DNA of 64,000 nucleotides. Source: Williopsis jadinii. Its lineage: Eukaryota. The notes under the pieces were generated by a model. It made no database searches and had not been told where the DNA came from. It worked only from the letters and a program-made list of their open reading frames with translations. Shown here piece after piece: positions 22,001 through 33,244 of this stretch. The number at the start of each line of letters is the position of its first letter. Position 1 is the stretch's first letter. The stretch is taken from assembly GCA_024346625.1 (NCBI GenBank), contig AP024666.1, positions 372,001 through 436,000 of the forward strand, written 5' to 3'. Position numbers and translations under genes: made by a program.

Positions 22001-22959
22001 TTAGACCTAACCGCAAGCAAGAGATGGCCCGTTTAAAACGTGATAATGATGCTGAAATCAAAGAATTCTCTTGGGTAAAAGGTGACTTGATTGGGAAGGG
22101 AACGTTTGGCAATGTGTTCTTAGCACTTAATGTAACGACTGGTGAAATGATTGCTGTGAAACAAGTTCACATCCCACGCAAGACAACTAGCGAGTCAGCA
22201 CGTATCAAAGACGTTATTGATGCCCTTCAATCTGAAGTGGACACATTGAAGGATCTCGACCATCTGAACATCGTTCAGTATCTTGGATTTGAAAAAACTG
22301 AAAAGGACTATAACTTGTTCCTCGAATATGTTGCGGGAGGATCTGTTGCATCATGTTTGAGACTCTACGGGAAATTCGAAGAGCCACTTATTCAGTTCCT
22401 TACTGCTCAGGTTGTTGCAGGACTGGCATATCTCCACTCCAGAGGAATCTTGCATCGTGATATGAAAGCAGATAACTTATTGCTGGATCTTGACGGTGTT
22501 TGTAAGATCTCCGATTTTGGCATCTCAAAGAAATCTAATGATATTTACGCCAATGATGCTGGAATGTCAATGCAAGGTACCATCTTTTGGATGGCACCAG
22601 AAGTTGTTAACAGTGCAGGAGCAGGGTACAGCGCAAAGGTTGACATATGGTCTCTTGGATGTGTTGTTTTGGAAATGTTTGCAGGACGTCGTCCATGGTC
22701 AAACTTGGAGGCCATCCCGGCTATGCTGAAGATTGGTAAATCCAAAGCTGCACCTCCTATTCCTGAAGATACGTTACCTTTGGTCTCCATGGTTGGAAGG
22801 CATTTCCTGGATCAATGTTTTGCCGTGGATGCCTCTCAAAGACCAACGGCTCAGCAGCTTCTGGTGGATAAGTTCTGTGGAGTAGACCCTACATTCTCCT
22901 TCTCCGATACGAGGTTATCGAGGCTCATCAGGGCTAACGAGAAGAAGTTCCAAATGTGA
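19012..22959 (+). CDS. BCK1: MAP kinase kinase kinase of the cell wall integrity pathway
   Basis: C-terminal kinase domain (IGKGTFGNV, VKQV, HRDMKADN, DFGISK, GTIFWMAPE), Bck1-typical RPPAEVLYDNIEKFFP and RRQSTKMWG, conserved neighbourhood. Confidence 0.95.
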   Translation: MSSKNGYEEASQRGTDALPELLVNAVPLLGESVRSLKGSESVAYLPAQQVRKLSSSSVKSAEDSHRHNITPNRTSNSEGDTSSKFSFEEQSYPSSPAPLRLSSVGDGDQSHRDTTQGSVSFHTAHSESVGSVYTDHSTPSKVSLKKTSPKIPLKIETALYTSTPSKSPGDQLAANSSKEFSFLNTSAAAPNESPLNSFTQSKTKTLPRNPPHSRQVSVSWDVQTPEEWTLERIIYWLGLNQFNDTWAVMVKKHMLVGSEFLSLTNYQKLSVYKSELDTSNDSTQSRFIHVLRKTLDRSTSVTNTISPLETSSVSSIDNMDSSPPSSPKLPHRRSSSETAAVTEKLVPTQSAPTFKDSSPSSESSRPPSIQQGRVGKTKVKQRPLSTTDDSTGNMWVTSPVSPVVSHGLFRRHKKSSSSESSLFTSLFNGSSSNLTGISEDRKRDKDAKPSTFSKFNLRGKQRSRDLSREKESSSPVSPATSSFEKVKGRKSDTSKSSSDGSKERISALPQFVLDRKFQPVAKQKNSDQYVLVTMDNINFKAVNVGQCDSREGFRKLLADVLELKSLEFTVHLTDFGCSIGESLDEDALDHIVSSRYIPCTGKFFITSADTLSTITSSSIGSVSDLNSFESKEDKLYPNTPQHYYDAVQKSPNTDYWNFKENLPKNVVASVAEKPTNEPLKPAKRLEPVQPKPIRPSAVKQTARIPTLTNDSGSSFRIVRPANRGEINFDKRRESPFVAKRVAPPPPPQRPGMSGSANSSSGSVTRLEPLKESISGESTFISTYTPGSSNTLIPQPYKGGGSVSPISRKALHTILNNDEERVKRSLTRTHSTRSIRTVDKFKENIISFDDAPELDDTENDDSDDDDFWAKAPSQKSSTNDESIAEMVVRPPAEVLYDNIEKFFPNTDLDQPVLELPSVPSSPSNVINPPKTKPIRKVVSSIDEDFEKLHKPQRMKTIRAVAKEAGEARKRENLTRQNTQPGLVRRQSTKMWGRKVVEVRPNRKQEMARLKRDNDAEIKEFSWVKGDLIGKGTFGNVFLALNVTTGEMIAVKQVHIPRKTTSESARIKDVIDALQSEVDTLKDLDHLNIVQYLGFEKTEKDYNLFLEYVAGGSVASCLRLYGKFEEPLIQFLTAQVVAGLAYLHSRGILHRDMKADNLLLDLDGVCKISDFGISKKSNDIYANDAGMSMQGTIFWMAPEVVNSAGAGYSAKVDIWSLGCVVLEMFAGRRPWSNLEAIPAMLKIGKSKAAPPIPEDTLPLVSMVGRHFLDQCFAVDASQRPTAQQLLVDKFCGVDPTFSFSDTRLSRLIRANEKKFQM

Positions 22960-23013
22960 GGCCTTATTACAATACATGAAAACTAGAAAAATATTAAACA
23001 GTTCATCGATTCA

Positions 23014-24930
23014 TTATTTAATAGAGCATTGTGTCTGCGTATCACTCGACGAGTCACCTACATTGTCCGAGATTGAGTTCGCACGAGATGAAATCAGTGC
23101 TTGTAATTCTTCCTCCAGTTCCAATAGTCTCAGCTCAGTGTATGTTTGTAGTTTATCAAACAACATATATGTGAGGTAACTTGGCTCATCAATAGGATAA
23201 CGTAAAGGTGACTTGTCTGATATCCAAAAGTCCGGCTTGTCGGCTCCTACAACCTGTGCTTCTGTATCGTCAAAGCTTTGTATCAGGGAGTTCCAATCAT
23301 CAAATGTGTACTTCTTCTTAGGAGAATCTCTTGCCTCGCGCATCAGTTTACCAAGTGTTTTAACGAGTGTGTTTGTCTGTGCAAATTTTCTTTTCCTGTA
23401 CTTGGCTTGTTGAATGATTTCGTCGACACTTCTTGTCTCGTTGTCATTATCATCGTCATTCTCTTCATCGTCGGAATCTTCTTCATCCCCTGGGAATGAA
23501 ATGGTATTTTGAACAGTCGGCTTTGTCTTCCTGAATAAGAACCTTATCAACCGGGATGAAGCACTCGCCATTGCCCAATGGTACAGAATATCACCAACAC
23601 TGGAGATCAATGCCGTCATCATTGGAACAGCCAGTAATGCCCATAATATAAAGAAGCATCTTCCTGCTGCACTTTTTGGTGTATAATCACCGTATCCAAT
23701 AGTCATCAAGGAGAGTAAAGTAAAGTAAACAGCATTAAAGTATGACCATTTCTCTGTGAAGTAGAACACCATTGCTCCGAGAAGCCAAAAAATCGCAAAG
23801 ACTATCAGTGATCCTAGAGAGCTGATATTTCTCTTGTATTTCCTGGATCTTCGCCTTATTGAACGCATCAAATCGAATGCTTCTTCAGGTTCCATCGTGA
23901 GATGTTCCTTTTGCACTTTTTGTAATAACTTAGCTCTTCTCTCTTCAATGGCATTCCAAAACATCACTGGAGATGCTGACTGGACCACAATGGTGCGTAT
24001 CATTGCAATGATCAACCCCAATATGATAAGGCCAGTTAAAGAATACACCAATGCCAGTGCCTTGTCAACTGTAGTTGTCGGTACGTTGTCACCGAATCCA
24101 AGAGTCAATACCGAGACGACGCAAAAGTACATTGCGTTTCCATAACTGATCGACATCAGCTTGTTAAACAACGCAGCACCCCATACAAACCATATGGCAA
24201 GCAGGAAGGTGTAGACGACAAGTGCTCTCTCTGACCTATCAAGGTTGAAATCTGGTGGATACTTGCTTAAGAAGTAACCCAGAAAGTTGACCATACAAGT
24301 GAAAGAGCACAGGAAGTACAATATACACGTCAATACTGCAAACCAAAACCCTTCAGTTTTGTAGTAATGATCATCATGGTAATAATGCCTCTGTGCAACA
24401 ACCAGCGCACTCAGTAATATGATACTGGCGATGAAGAAGAACGTGATCGACAACGGTTGAGAGACCTTGTACTGGATTCTCTTTCCAAAGTTCATGATTA
24501 GAAAGAGGTTGGCCAATGACCCAGAAGCAAGGGATACCGAGTTCAACACGTACACCATCACCTCATCTTGTTGGTACGGGCCGTCAACGGAACCTCTCCA
24601 GTGCGTCACCAGCGCTGCAATGCTGAGCATGTTGGACAACGGTGCAACACAAGCAGTCACTATGGGCAGATATGTCCATATGAGGAACCATACAACAAAG
24701 CTTCTTGATCCAACTTTGACATTTATATTGCTAACTTTCGACCTCTTCAGAAGATGCCCGGGTATATCAAGATACCTCTGTACAAGCTGCTGCTCCTGTT
24801 TGATCCGTGAGGTTTCTGGACCTTCATTCATGACCAGCAGATCGAACTGTCTCACGTTACCACGGGTTCGCAACTTATACCGTCGAGTCCCTGTAAGTTG
24901 TTGATGCCTTCTCTCAAAGTCTCCCTCCAT
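23014..24930 (-). CDS. TOK1: Two-pore outward-rectifier K+ channel
   Basis: Eight TM-like segments and two pore loops (TLGFGD, TIGYGD); first ATG (MEGDF) at 24930. Confidence 0.93.
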   Translation of the reverse strand: MEGDFERRHQQLTGTRRYKLRTRGNVRQFDLLVMNEGPETSRIKQEQQLVQRYLDIPGHLLKRSKVSNINVKVGSRSFVVWFLIWTYLPIVTACVAPLSNMLSIAALVTHWRGSVDGPYQQDEVMVYVLNSVSLASGSLANLFLIMNFGKRIQYKVSQPLSITFFFIASIILLSALVVAQRHYYHDDHYYKTEGFWFAVLTCILYFLCSFTCMVNFLGYFLSKYPPDFNLDRSERALVVYTFLLAIWFVWGAALFNKLMSISYGNAMYFCVVSVLTLGFGDNVPTTTVDKALALVYSLTGLIILGLIIAMIRTIVVQSASPVMFWNAIEERRAKLLQKVQKEHLTMEPEEAFDLMRSIRRRSRKYKRNISSLGSLIVFAIFWLLGAMVFYFTEKWSYFNAVYFTLLSLMTIGYGDYTPKSAAGRCFFILWALLAVPMMTALISSVGDILYHWAMASASSRLIRFLFRKTKPTVQNTISFPGDEEDSDDEENDDDNDNETRSVDEIIQQAKYRKRKFAQTNTLVKTLGKLMREARDSPKKKYTFDDWNSLIQSFDDTEAQVVGADKPDFWISDKSPLRYPIDEPSYLTYMLFDKLQTYTELRLLELEEELQALISSRANSISDNVGDSSSDTQTQCSIK

Positions 24931-25208
24931 GGCAATATTTTTACACCGCTGATCCTTTTGGCCTAGTCCCAAACGCACTGACCTCGTCGAGGCTACATGT
25001 TCTTCACGGTACTAAGTCCTAAGCCTAGGCCGAAAGTTTGTTTTTTGTTGCCCTGGAGAGCGCGGGGGGAGTTTGCCTTCTTTGTTAAGTTTTCTCTCGG
25101 ATTTATCCTGCCTCCATCTCGCATCACATCGGGTACTTTTATTGTTTTCCATTGCAGTTATTAGTTTTCTTAACTATACATTTACCTGTGTCGTTAACTG
25201 CTGTTCCT

Positions 25209-27676
25209 TTAGGGTTTCCTTCTACGTACTCCGAGCGTCTTCCTTCTCTTGGGAGCCTGTGCGGGTAGATTGAGACTCTTTGAAGTTGGGACCAGCACTG
25301 GTGGTGCGTTGTCTGGGATTGGATATTCGGGCATGCCAATCCTTGACACAGCTCTCTTTGTCACAATTCTCGGGTAACCGTAACGACCAAGTTTGAAGTC
25401 ACTTGGTACTTTAGGGCCTTTGCCACCAGCATAGCTTATTCTGTTTTCGATTGAAGGTGCCTTGTCAATTGTCTGTATCTTGTTGTAATAACGGTCCTGG
25501 GGAGTAACCACCGGGTGTAGAGAGAGATACTTCTGAACATGACTTTCACAGGATTCAACCACGGTGCCAATCTGCCTGGCTAATTTCTCAAGCTTCTCAG
25601 TTGTGGATAACGAGATTTGCTTCTGTGTTGCGATCCCTGTATTGTCAGTAAGTCTCTTGACTAGGACCGACGTCTCAGAGGCTGATGTGACGTACAACAA
25701 CTGTTGTGCCCTCGTCATGGCCACATACAGGACCCGTCTCTCTTCACAGACCTTTTCCACTGATGACTCAACAAGGGGATCAATGTGTGATGAAGGAAAC
25801 TTGCCTTGTGTCAGACCCGCAACAAACACTACCTTCCATTCTAGGCCCTTTGCAGAATGAATGGTGGAGATTGAAACCTTTCTGGATGGTTCATTAGTCT
25901 TCTTCTCATCACCATCATCCATCTCTTCCGGTGAGTATATATCTATGGAATTGAGGAAATGTTCCAAAAGAGTCAGCTCCTCCACCTCTTGATCGATATC
26001 ATCAGGTTCGAATATTTCCAGGTATTTTCTAACCTCTGAAAGATTGTTGCGCTTCTCCTCATCATCTGTAGTCACTTTTTGTATGGCTTCTTGTTGGGAA
26101 ACACGGTCAAACAATCTAAGAAGAGAACTCCTATCTGATAGCTCCCTATTGTAAATGTTTTGGCAATCTCTGATCTCTTCACAAAGCTCTTTACAGGTAG
26201 TAATCACTTTAGTCTGTAGTTTTTCCAGTCTCAGATTACCACACGATATATCGTTAAGCACCCTCAATGGTTCATTAGTCCCATGCAGCTCATCAATCAA
26301 CTTGCCAATCTTCTTAACACTCATAAGACCAATGCCTGTGTGGGAACCAAGAACTCTGAGGAGTGCACAACTATCGTGCGGTCGAACAACAACTCTCAAT
26401 CTGTCCACCAGTAAGCTGATCTCTTTTCTTTCCCAAAAAGCACGACCCTTGACTATTGAGTATTTGATTCGACAGTTGTTCAACTCTTTTTCTATTATTC
26501 GTGTCATATAGTTTGAGCGGACTAAGATACAAATATCATTCTCATCAACAAGCTTCATCGAAAGTACATGCTCCACTTCCTTAGCAATAAACTTTGCCTC
26601 TAAGAAATCGTTAGCAAAATTCCTATAAACAATCTTGAAACTGTCTTTGTACTGAGACCTCAACAACTTTGAATCACGATCCTGTTGGTCCTTCATGATG
26701 AGTTCAGATGCATCCAACACATCTTGCGTAGAACGATAGTTTTCCCTTAGGTATACAGTAGTACAACTTGGGTACATCTTTCTCATGAATTCAAAGTTTT
26801 CAGATACAGCACCACGGAATGCGTATATGCTTTGATCTGGATCACCCACCACTGTGATGTTATCACGGAATGCTTCATTTTGATGTGAAAACTCATTGAT
26901 GAGTAAGAGTTGGATATGGTTTGTGTCTTGGAACTCATCAACCAGTACGTGCTTAATACCAAAAAGGCATTTCCTCTTTCTGAGGAGCTTTAGAGAGAGA
27001 AGTAAGATATCGTCAAAGTCCAACATCGATTGACGTTTCATACGCTTATCGTATTCTTCATAAACTGTTAACAAGTCCTTGTCATGCTTATCACTCTCCC
27101 TATATGCTTTGATATCGAAAGCCTTAGATTTAAGATGTGAAATGGCTCTTTTAATTTTAGACTTTGACAGCCTCCCTTGATCATCTCGTATAACATCGTC
27201 GACCTTTTCAGGCCGTTCTAATCCAGGGAGGTTACCTATCAAACCATCAACTATATCGTCAACGTCCTTATTACTTGCCACCGTGAACCTTGGATCTAGG
27301 TCCATATCATCCGAATACTTTCGAAGTAGCCTTATACAGATACTGTGAAATGTCCCCATCCTCAATTTCGAAACCTCAATTTGTGATCCCTCGAGCAATA
27401 ACGCCAGCCTTTCTTTCATCTCTTGAGCTGCCTTTCTCGTGAAAGTTGTTACAATTAGCTGATGCGGTTGAACATTCTGGGTCAATAAAAGATGAGCCAC
27501 TCTTGATGTGAGAACTTTGGTCTTTCCTGTGCTCGTTACGTCGTTAGTCAACACCGCTTGTTGTATAAGATCATATACTAACCTGTTCCCGGTCCAGCAA
27601 TCACCTGTAACTGACCATTCAAAGGTGCAGTAACAGCGAGTTGTTGTTCCTCATTCAGGCCTCTCAAGTACTCCAT
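25209..27676 (-). CDS. SRS2: UvrD-family DNA helicase, 803 aa, 2 exons (27583-27676, 25209-27526)
   Basis: A 56-nt intron at 27527-27582 (GTTAGT...GACTAAC...CAG) restores Walker A AGPGTGKT. Also VDEFQD, GDPDQSIYAFRGA, ENYRS, STIHSAKGLEW, YVAMTRA. Adjacent to TOK1 as in S. cerevisiae. Confidence 0.9.
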
Positions 27677-27705
27677 CTGATTTATATTCGAAGATTTTGT
27701 GGCTG

Positions 27706-27736
27706 TTGTTTGTTTACATTTTGTTTGTTTACATTT
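27706..27736 (-). promoter_or_regulatory. Duplicated forkhead-type site (GTAAACAAA x2) upstream of SRS2
   Basis: TTGTTTGTTTACATTT repeated with period 15, 30-60 bp upstream of the SRS2 ATG. Confidence 0.45.
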
Positions 27737-27785
27737 TTTTCTTTGAATTACGTCCCACGTATACCATTTCTACTGCCTTCTTCAA

Positions 27786-28865
27786 CTAATAAGTAAAATA
27801 TCTATCAATGACGTCTTCCTCTTCAGGAACTTCAAAGAGCTTCAAGGAGTTCTTGTAAGCATGTTCTGCGATGGTTTCCACGGATTCGCCTTTGATCTTG
27901 GAGACAATCTCAACAACTTGGCCGATGTGGACTGGCTCATTACGGCCCTTGATGAGTGGACTGGCAAATTCGCCAACAAGTGCCTCATGTGACGGGTCGT
28001 ACTTGGAGTAGTGTTCCTTTTTGATCAACGGGAAAGGTAGCAGTGGGTCCATTTGCATGCCCGAGCTAACGCTCTGTGCCTTCAAGTTCACCGAAGAAGT
28101 TTGGTTTGTGATGATCTTTGGATATGCTGCATTTGGATACTTTGTTAGGTATTGATACCCGGCGTGTGTTCTCTTAATCTCGCACCATGGTGCATCTGTC
28201 TCCACTATCAGCTTGTCAAGAGGGATCTGCTTAACAACTTCCAAATTCTCCTCTGTCTTCAAAGAGCATCCGTTCACACCAATGTAAAAGCCCAAGAGTA
28301 ACAGTTTCTGTAATTCCTCGGCGGTTCCTGTGAAGCTGTGAACAACACCACCCTTTGGAAGCTTTGACAGGTACGGCTTGATGATGCTGATGAAATCTTC
28401 ATTGGCTGCTCTCATATGGAGGAACAACGGTAAGCCAACCTCCACAGCAATGTCAAGCTGTTTCTTGAAGTATAATCTCTGAGTTTCCGCATCAGTGTAG
28501 TGCAGTCTGTCATAATCCAACCCAATTTCACCAAATGCCTTGACAAGTCCAGATCTCTTGCCAGCCAATGCAAGCTCTTTCAATTCATCCAAGTACACCT
28601 TTTCATCAACTGACGGAATTTCACCAACGGTACAGGGATGACAACCAACAGTGGTGAACGCATACTCCGGATAGCTGGCTGCAATCTCTAGAGTTCTTCT
28701 GCTCTCGTCCAATGAGCTACCAGTAAGAAGTAATCTTCTAACGTTGAATGTCTTTGCTCTGAGAACAACGTCTTCAATATCAGAATTGTGCACTTGACGG
28801 CCATGGTATTCACCATGGAACATGGGATCGGTGAAATTGACACCAATATCGAAATAGTTTGGCAT
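27786..28865 (-). CDS. TatD-family nuclease (YBL055C-like), 359 aa
   Basis: MPNYFDIGVNFTDPMF start, TVGCHP, FGEIGLDYDRL, LFLHMR, VVHSFTG, ETDAPW, RNEP. Confidence 0.92.
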   Translation of the reverse strand: MPNYFDIGVNFTDPMFHGEYHGRQVHNSDIEDVVLRAKTFNVRRLLLTGSSLDESRRTLEIAASYPEYAFTTVGCHPCTVGEIPSVDEKVYLDELKELALAGKRSGLVKAFGEIGLDYDRLHYTDAETQRLYFKKQLDIAVEVGLPLFLHMRAANEDFISIIKPYLSKLPKGGVVHSFTGTAEELQKLLLLGFYIGVNGCSLKTEENLEVVKQIPLDKLIVETDAPWCEIKRTHAGYQYLTKYPNAAYPKIITNQTSSVNLKAQSVSSGMQMDPLLPFPLIKKEHYSKYDPSHEALVGEFASPLIKGRNEPVHIGQVVEIVSKIKGESVETIAEHAYKNSLKLFEVPEEEDVIDRYFTY

Positions 28866-29233
28866 CTTGACTCTACTGAATAACCTTCTTGTGATCAACG
28901 ACGACACTTTGAATACGATCGTTCTTATCGAAATGGGAGGATCCTTGAATTCCAATGTGTGATACCAAAATATGGGAGGGTGGGGGCCAAAATACAACTC
29001 CAGCCTAACTTCCACCTCAAAGCTGCTTTTTTTAGGAGGGCGCCGGGTGGCTCCCATGCCTCGGACGACTCCGGGAAAGTTGAAAAAGCCAATAGGTGGG
29101 AGGAGCTGTTGGTGCCTGATGGTGGAGATGTGCAACCTTCGATATTTACTATTCTACAGGGTCAGTGTACGCTTTTTATGTGATTAGAAGAAGCCTTTTG
29201 ATTATGTGTGTGTATTTAACTCTTTGCTTACCT

Positions 29234-32008
29234 CTATTGATGAGACTTGATGTAACTGGCCATGTTTATTAGCCTATTCTGTTCGTCATCGTCCCAGTCT
29301 AATTCATGACTTGTCGACCTCATCAGCCCTGCACCTTGGCCGTCTTCATCATCGCTATCGCTGGAGGAATCGTCGTCGTCGTATCCAGAATGCGATGGAG
29401 GTGGGCCACGCTCATCGGTTGGAGATATCAGATCGTGGTATAGTGGGTGGTTCTTCTTCTGATACGATTGGCCATCATCATTTGGATCCTCATAATCGTC
29501 ATCGTCATCCATTGACATGTACTGACTTGCTGAATGATAGCCCTGATGAGAAACATCATCCTCTTCATCGTCTTCATCTGAGGATCCAAACTTATCCGGT
29601 AAATCGTTGGTCATCTGCTGAGACATATATCTTGAGAATTGGTCCCCCTGAGCATCTTCCTCATCCTCTTCTTCGTTATCACCGGCATCGTTTTGTGTTG
29701 CCAGGCCAGCAATATCATGATCAATGGATGGATCTAATTCAAATCCTTTCTTCTCATCATCGTCTTCTTCCTCTGCTTCACCTCCGAGAAGAGCGTTGTA
29801 TTTCTCTCTGGTCTCAACAAGCGTTTCAGTGACATATACTGTCCACTCTGGTGCAGACACAGCATCCAACACAACTTGGTGGATAGAGCTTGGTAGGTAC
29901 AGTGCAGTGAATTTGACAACTTCTTCTGCAATGAGCGTAAGATGACCCATGTAGCCCAGTCTTAATCCGTGCTCTTTTTCATACTTGTCACAGTTCTCTT
30001 GGCCATCAATAATCAGTTTGGTGATTTGACCTCTTCCAAACAAGTCAATTGCAAGATATTTATTATAACCAATCTCCATGGATCCGTTCAAGATTTGTTG
30101 AACGATATCAAACACCACATTATGCAAAAAGTTGTTCCATGGGAAGCGGAAAAACATGTTTAAGATCAACAAGATCACCTTGTTATCTGCGAGAGAAATT
30201 TTGAGTTGATCACCAGCAACTGGGTCTTCACGTAGATTTGCTTCGTTTTCATCGTATCTAAAGGCATCGGCAGTTTCTTCATTTGAATCTGATTCTGACT
30301 CTAAGTTTGTCTTCGAGACTTTTGATTCATCATCAAGTTCAGTGTCTGTCTCTATTTCAGACTCCTCAGTTTCTAGCTTAATTTGATCATCACTATTTGA
30401 TTTATCTTTCGAATCGTCATTAGATGCAATGCTCAACCTTTTGATTTCTCTGGACATTTCATGATCAAAGGCATCATCGTTATCACTTGGATTTTGAGAC
30501 TCCTGTGGTTTCTGTTCTCTTTCTAATGCGATGATTCTCTCCCTTTCAATGTCTCTTTCTCTGACTATATCTTCACCGGATTCGTCGTTCAGGAGCCCCA
30601 TATTAGAGCAGTGCAAGAGTTCAGCAATCAATTCACAAATCTTAAATCTTTCAAATCCCAAAGGTTCAATTGTGCCGAATGGAGTTTCCATCTGATCTAG
30701 TTTCGTCTCTTCAAGCAACTTGGTAAATTTTGGTATGTTTCTCGAGAAAACTTTGATCAAATGTCCCAGATATATAGGATCTCTTGAAGTTGGAGGGTGG
30801 GATTCAATGGTGATGTACAGGACTGGTACAAAATCGTAGTCCGAATTATTCTTTCTGATAATCTCAATCATAATACCAACACCATTAGCGAGACTTGTTC
30901 CCCCGTGTAACATCAATTCGCATAACCGTTCCATAACTTTTTCAGAAACTAATTCTCTTGTAAGTTCATTTGGGCCAATTGTAGAGTTATCGGTATTTGA
31001 ATTAGCACTGATCGTGACAAATGCCTTTATGAAGTCACCGGCAGCACTCTGTACGCTTGCGCCAATTTCAGGATCCAAAAACTCAATCAACTTAGGAATC
31101 AACTTCTGTTCTTTCAAGATTTCAATTATACCAGTTGGATTATCGGGCTTGTCAGTGCTAATAACTTTCAGCAGGAAATCCATGAGTGGAGGATTATCGA
31201 TATGTCTTAGAAATCTATCCACTAGGTCATTCTGTTGTAATAAAAAGTTCAGCATTCCGTGTAGTTTCATATCAAGCAGGTGTTCGTTAATCTTCATGAA
31301 ATAAGTGGATTCAATCATTGATAGAGGACATGGCTTATCTAAGAGGGTCCACAACTTCCTTAACAAATCATGGTTGTCCATGAATGAGTCTGTTAATGAC
31401 CAAACATCCAAGCTGAGGATCTCGGCAGAGACTTGTGCCCTTCTAGCGTGGATCTTTTCTGGTGTATCCACCGAATCCGCAGAGCTTGTAGTTGAACTTG
31501 TACCATCGTCATCCTCGTCGGCGCTGTCATCGTTACCGTTATCAGATCCACTTCCTTCTGCCTGTTGTCCTTGCTCTTGTTTTTCTCCAGATACTGTCTC
31601 CTCATCCTTCGCGTTGGCATTTTCCGTTATGACGTAGGTGACAAGTTGTTCAAGGACATCGTGATGTCTCAAGTACTCGATAAGTTTCAAATTCGAGCCA
31701 GCCAGTTCCTCCAGGATATCTTGTTCGTCTAGTAGCTGGTCCAAGATCTCCAGGTTTGGCATTTGAGACTCTGATTCCTCGTCTTCTATTGTTTCATCCT
31801 CGTTGTAACGGGAAGACGAAATGTCGTCTGCGTCCGACGTCTCGTCCGATGACTGTGTCGACGTAGAACCCTTCCTGTGCTGTTTGAACGCATCTTGTTC
31901 CTCGTTCCCATCGTGTTTCTCCTGGCGGATGAATCCTTTCTCCAGAAGTTCATTGATGACAGACTTGTCATTGTAGCCGTTGCCAAACTTCCAAAAAGTG
32001 CCAGACAT
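29234..32008 (-). CDS. SAP190: Sit4 phosphatase-associated protein (SAP185/SAP190 family)
   Basis: MSGTFWKFG start, EPLGFERFKICELIAELLHCSNM, FPWNNFLHNVV, RLGYMGHLTLIAEEVVKF, acidic tail. Confidence 0.92.
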   Translation of the reverse strand: MSGTFWKFGNGYNDKSVINELLEKGFIRQEKHDGNEEQDAFKQHRKGSTSTQSSDETSDADDISSSRYNEDETIEDEESESQMPNLEILDQLLDEQDILEELAGSNLKLIEYLRHHDVLEQLVTYVITENANAKDEETVSGEKQEQGQQAEGSGSDNGNDDSADEDDDGTSSTTSSADSVDTPEKIHARRAQVSAEILSLDVWSLTDSFMDNHDLLRKLWTLLDKPCPLSMIESTYFMKINEHLLDMKLHGMLNFLLQQNDLVDRFLRHIDNPPLMDFLLKVISTDKPDNPTGIIEILKEQKLIPKLIEFLDPEIGASVQSAAGDFIKAFVTISANSNTDNSTIGPNELTRELVSEKVMERLCELMLHGGTSLANGVGIMIEIIRKNNSDYDFVPVLYITIESHPPTSRDPIYLGHLIKVFSRNIPKFTKLLEETKLDQMETPFGTIEPLGFERFKICELIAELLHCSNMGLLNDESGEDIVRERDIERERIIALEREQKPQESQNPSDNDDAFDHEMSREIKRLSIASNDDSKDKSNSDDQIKLETEESEIETDTELDDESKVSKTNLESESDSNEETADAFRYDENEANLREDPVAGDQLKISLADNKVILLILNMFFRFPWNNFLHNVVFDIVQQILNGSMEIGYNKYLAIDLFGRGQITKLIIDGQENCDKYEKEHGLRLGYMGHLTLIAEEVVKFTALYLPSSIHQVVLDAVSAPEWTVYVTETLVETREKYNALLGGEAEEEDDDEKKGFELDPSIDHDIAGLATQNDAGDNEEEDEEDAQGDQFSRYMSQQMTNDLPDKFGSSDEDDEEDDVSHQGYHSASQYMSMDDDDDYEDPNDDGQSYQKKNHPLYHDLISPTDERGPPPSHSGYDDDDSSSDSDDEDGQGAGLMRSTSHELDWDDDEQNRLINMASYIKSHQ

Positions 32009-33069
32009 GTTTGGAAATCCTTCTTCACTTGTTTGATCAACAGTGACACCACGTTACTCCGTCAGCCAAGGTAGTTCACTCTTCCCCTTTATCTCTCTCG
32101 CTCTCTTTCACACGCACAAAGGACAAGCACAGTGTCTCTCGAGAGTGAAATGTGGCTCTCACAGGTCACCAGCAATAGGAAAGCAGAAAACAAACACAAT
32201 CGCCAACAGGGAAAGGTCGGTTAGAAATGACAGCCAGCGGCGCTGTATATCACAAATGATGCCAAAATGAAGCGAATTCCACCTCGTTTGTTTTCCTCTC
32301 AGGGACCGCTTATACACAAATCCCACTTATACCGGCAAGCTCGATCTTCCTGTGTTTTGTGCTTCAGAGTACCAATGTCGATGGTGGTTTTTCCAGCTTC
32401 CAAGATGGAAAACTTTTCCCTGTCCCTGCTGCTGCAAAGGGACAAAAAACGAAAAAAACTGAACTGGGGAAGGCTATTTTCAAAGCAGAGAGCAAATACC
32501 ACTGAGAGAGCTTAAACAACCTGTCACTTTACTTCTCTCTTTATCTCTGCTCCTTGTAGGTATCAACACAAAGAGGTGTAACTTTTCGCCTTTTATGTGT
32601 ATTTTCAACCGTAAAACGACGCTAGAAACCGAGCTCAATTGAAGATATTCTTCGTTCTTTAAGCAAAGTTCGAGAGTGTCCGGCCTATGACCGCTGGACG
32701 TTTTTACTGTGTGTGTGTTTTTTCTGCTCTTCTTCGTGCGTTGGACGTTGGAAAATTGTATGTGTGTAAGGGTGTTTTGTGTCCCCGTCCCGTACCTGGG
32801 TGGTTTTTTGTCCTGTAGGCACTCGTCACCCGCAGTACCAGGTGACGCTGGAATGAGTGCGATGTGAGTTGGCGATAGAGTATGATTGACGCATTTGATG
32901 GGCGTGGAAGCCCGTATTGAGGTCTTTGTAGGGTAGGAGCGGACAGCTGTGGTGTTGGAGTGGTGAGGTGGCGGAAGTGTGATTACAAGGTGGTGCGTGA
33001 TGTGTTCCATACATTATGTCATCAGCTCTTTGCATAAGTCGTATAGAGCTAAAGCTCGCACGACTGGTA

Positions 33070-33081
33070 CTGCTGCTGCTG

Positions 33082-33117
<36 letters not shown>
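33070..33117 (+). repeat. Compound microsatellite (CTG)4(CTA)12
   Basis: Read directly, downstream of the SEC24 stop codon. Confidence 0.95.
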
Positions 33118-33118
<1 letters not shown>

Positions 33119-33244
33119 ACCTAAATATCAACTTTAACTTCAGTCTGTACAATTCAGTTTATTTATCAAACACTTTTCCTTTCTCCTTCTTTACAATCTA
33201 GATAAACCGAAAAGAAAAAAGAAGAGAATACAAAATCAAATCTT

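Noticed and set aside
28866..29135. 90-aa N-terminal extension of the TatD ORF
   Set aside because: Family similarity begins at MPNYFDIG; the upstream part looks like promoter sequence.
32826..33201. Poly-Ser and poly-Leu ORFs
   Set aside because: By-products of the (CTG)4(CTA)12 microsatellite.
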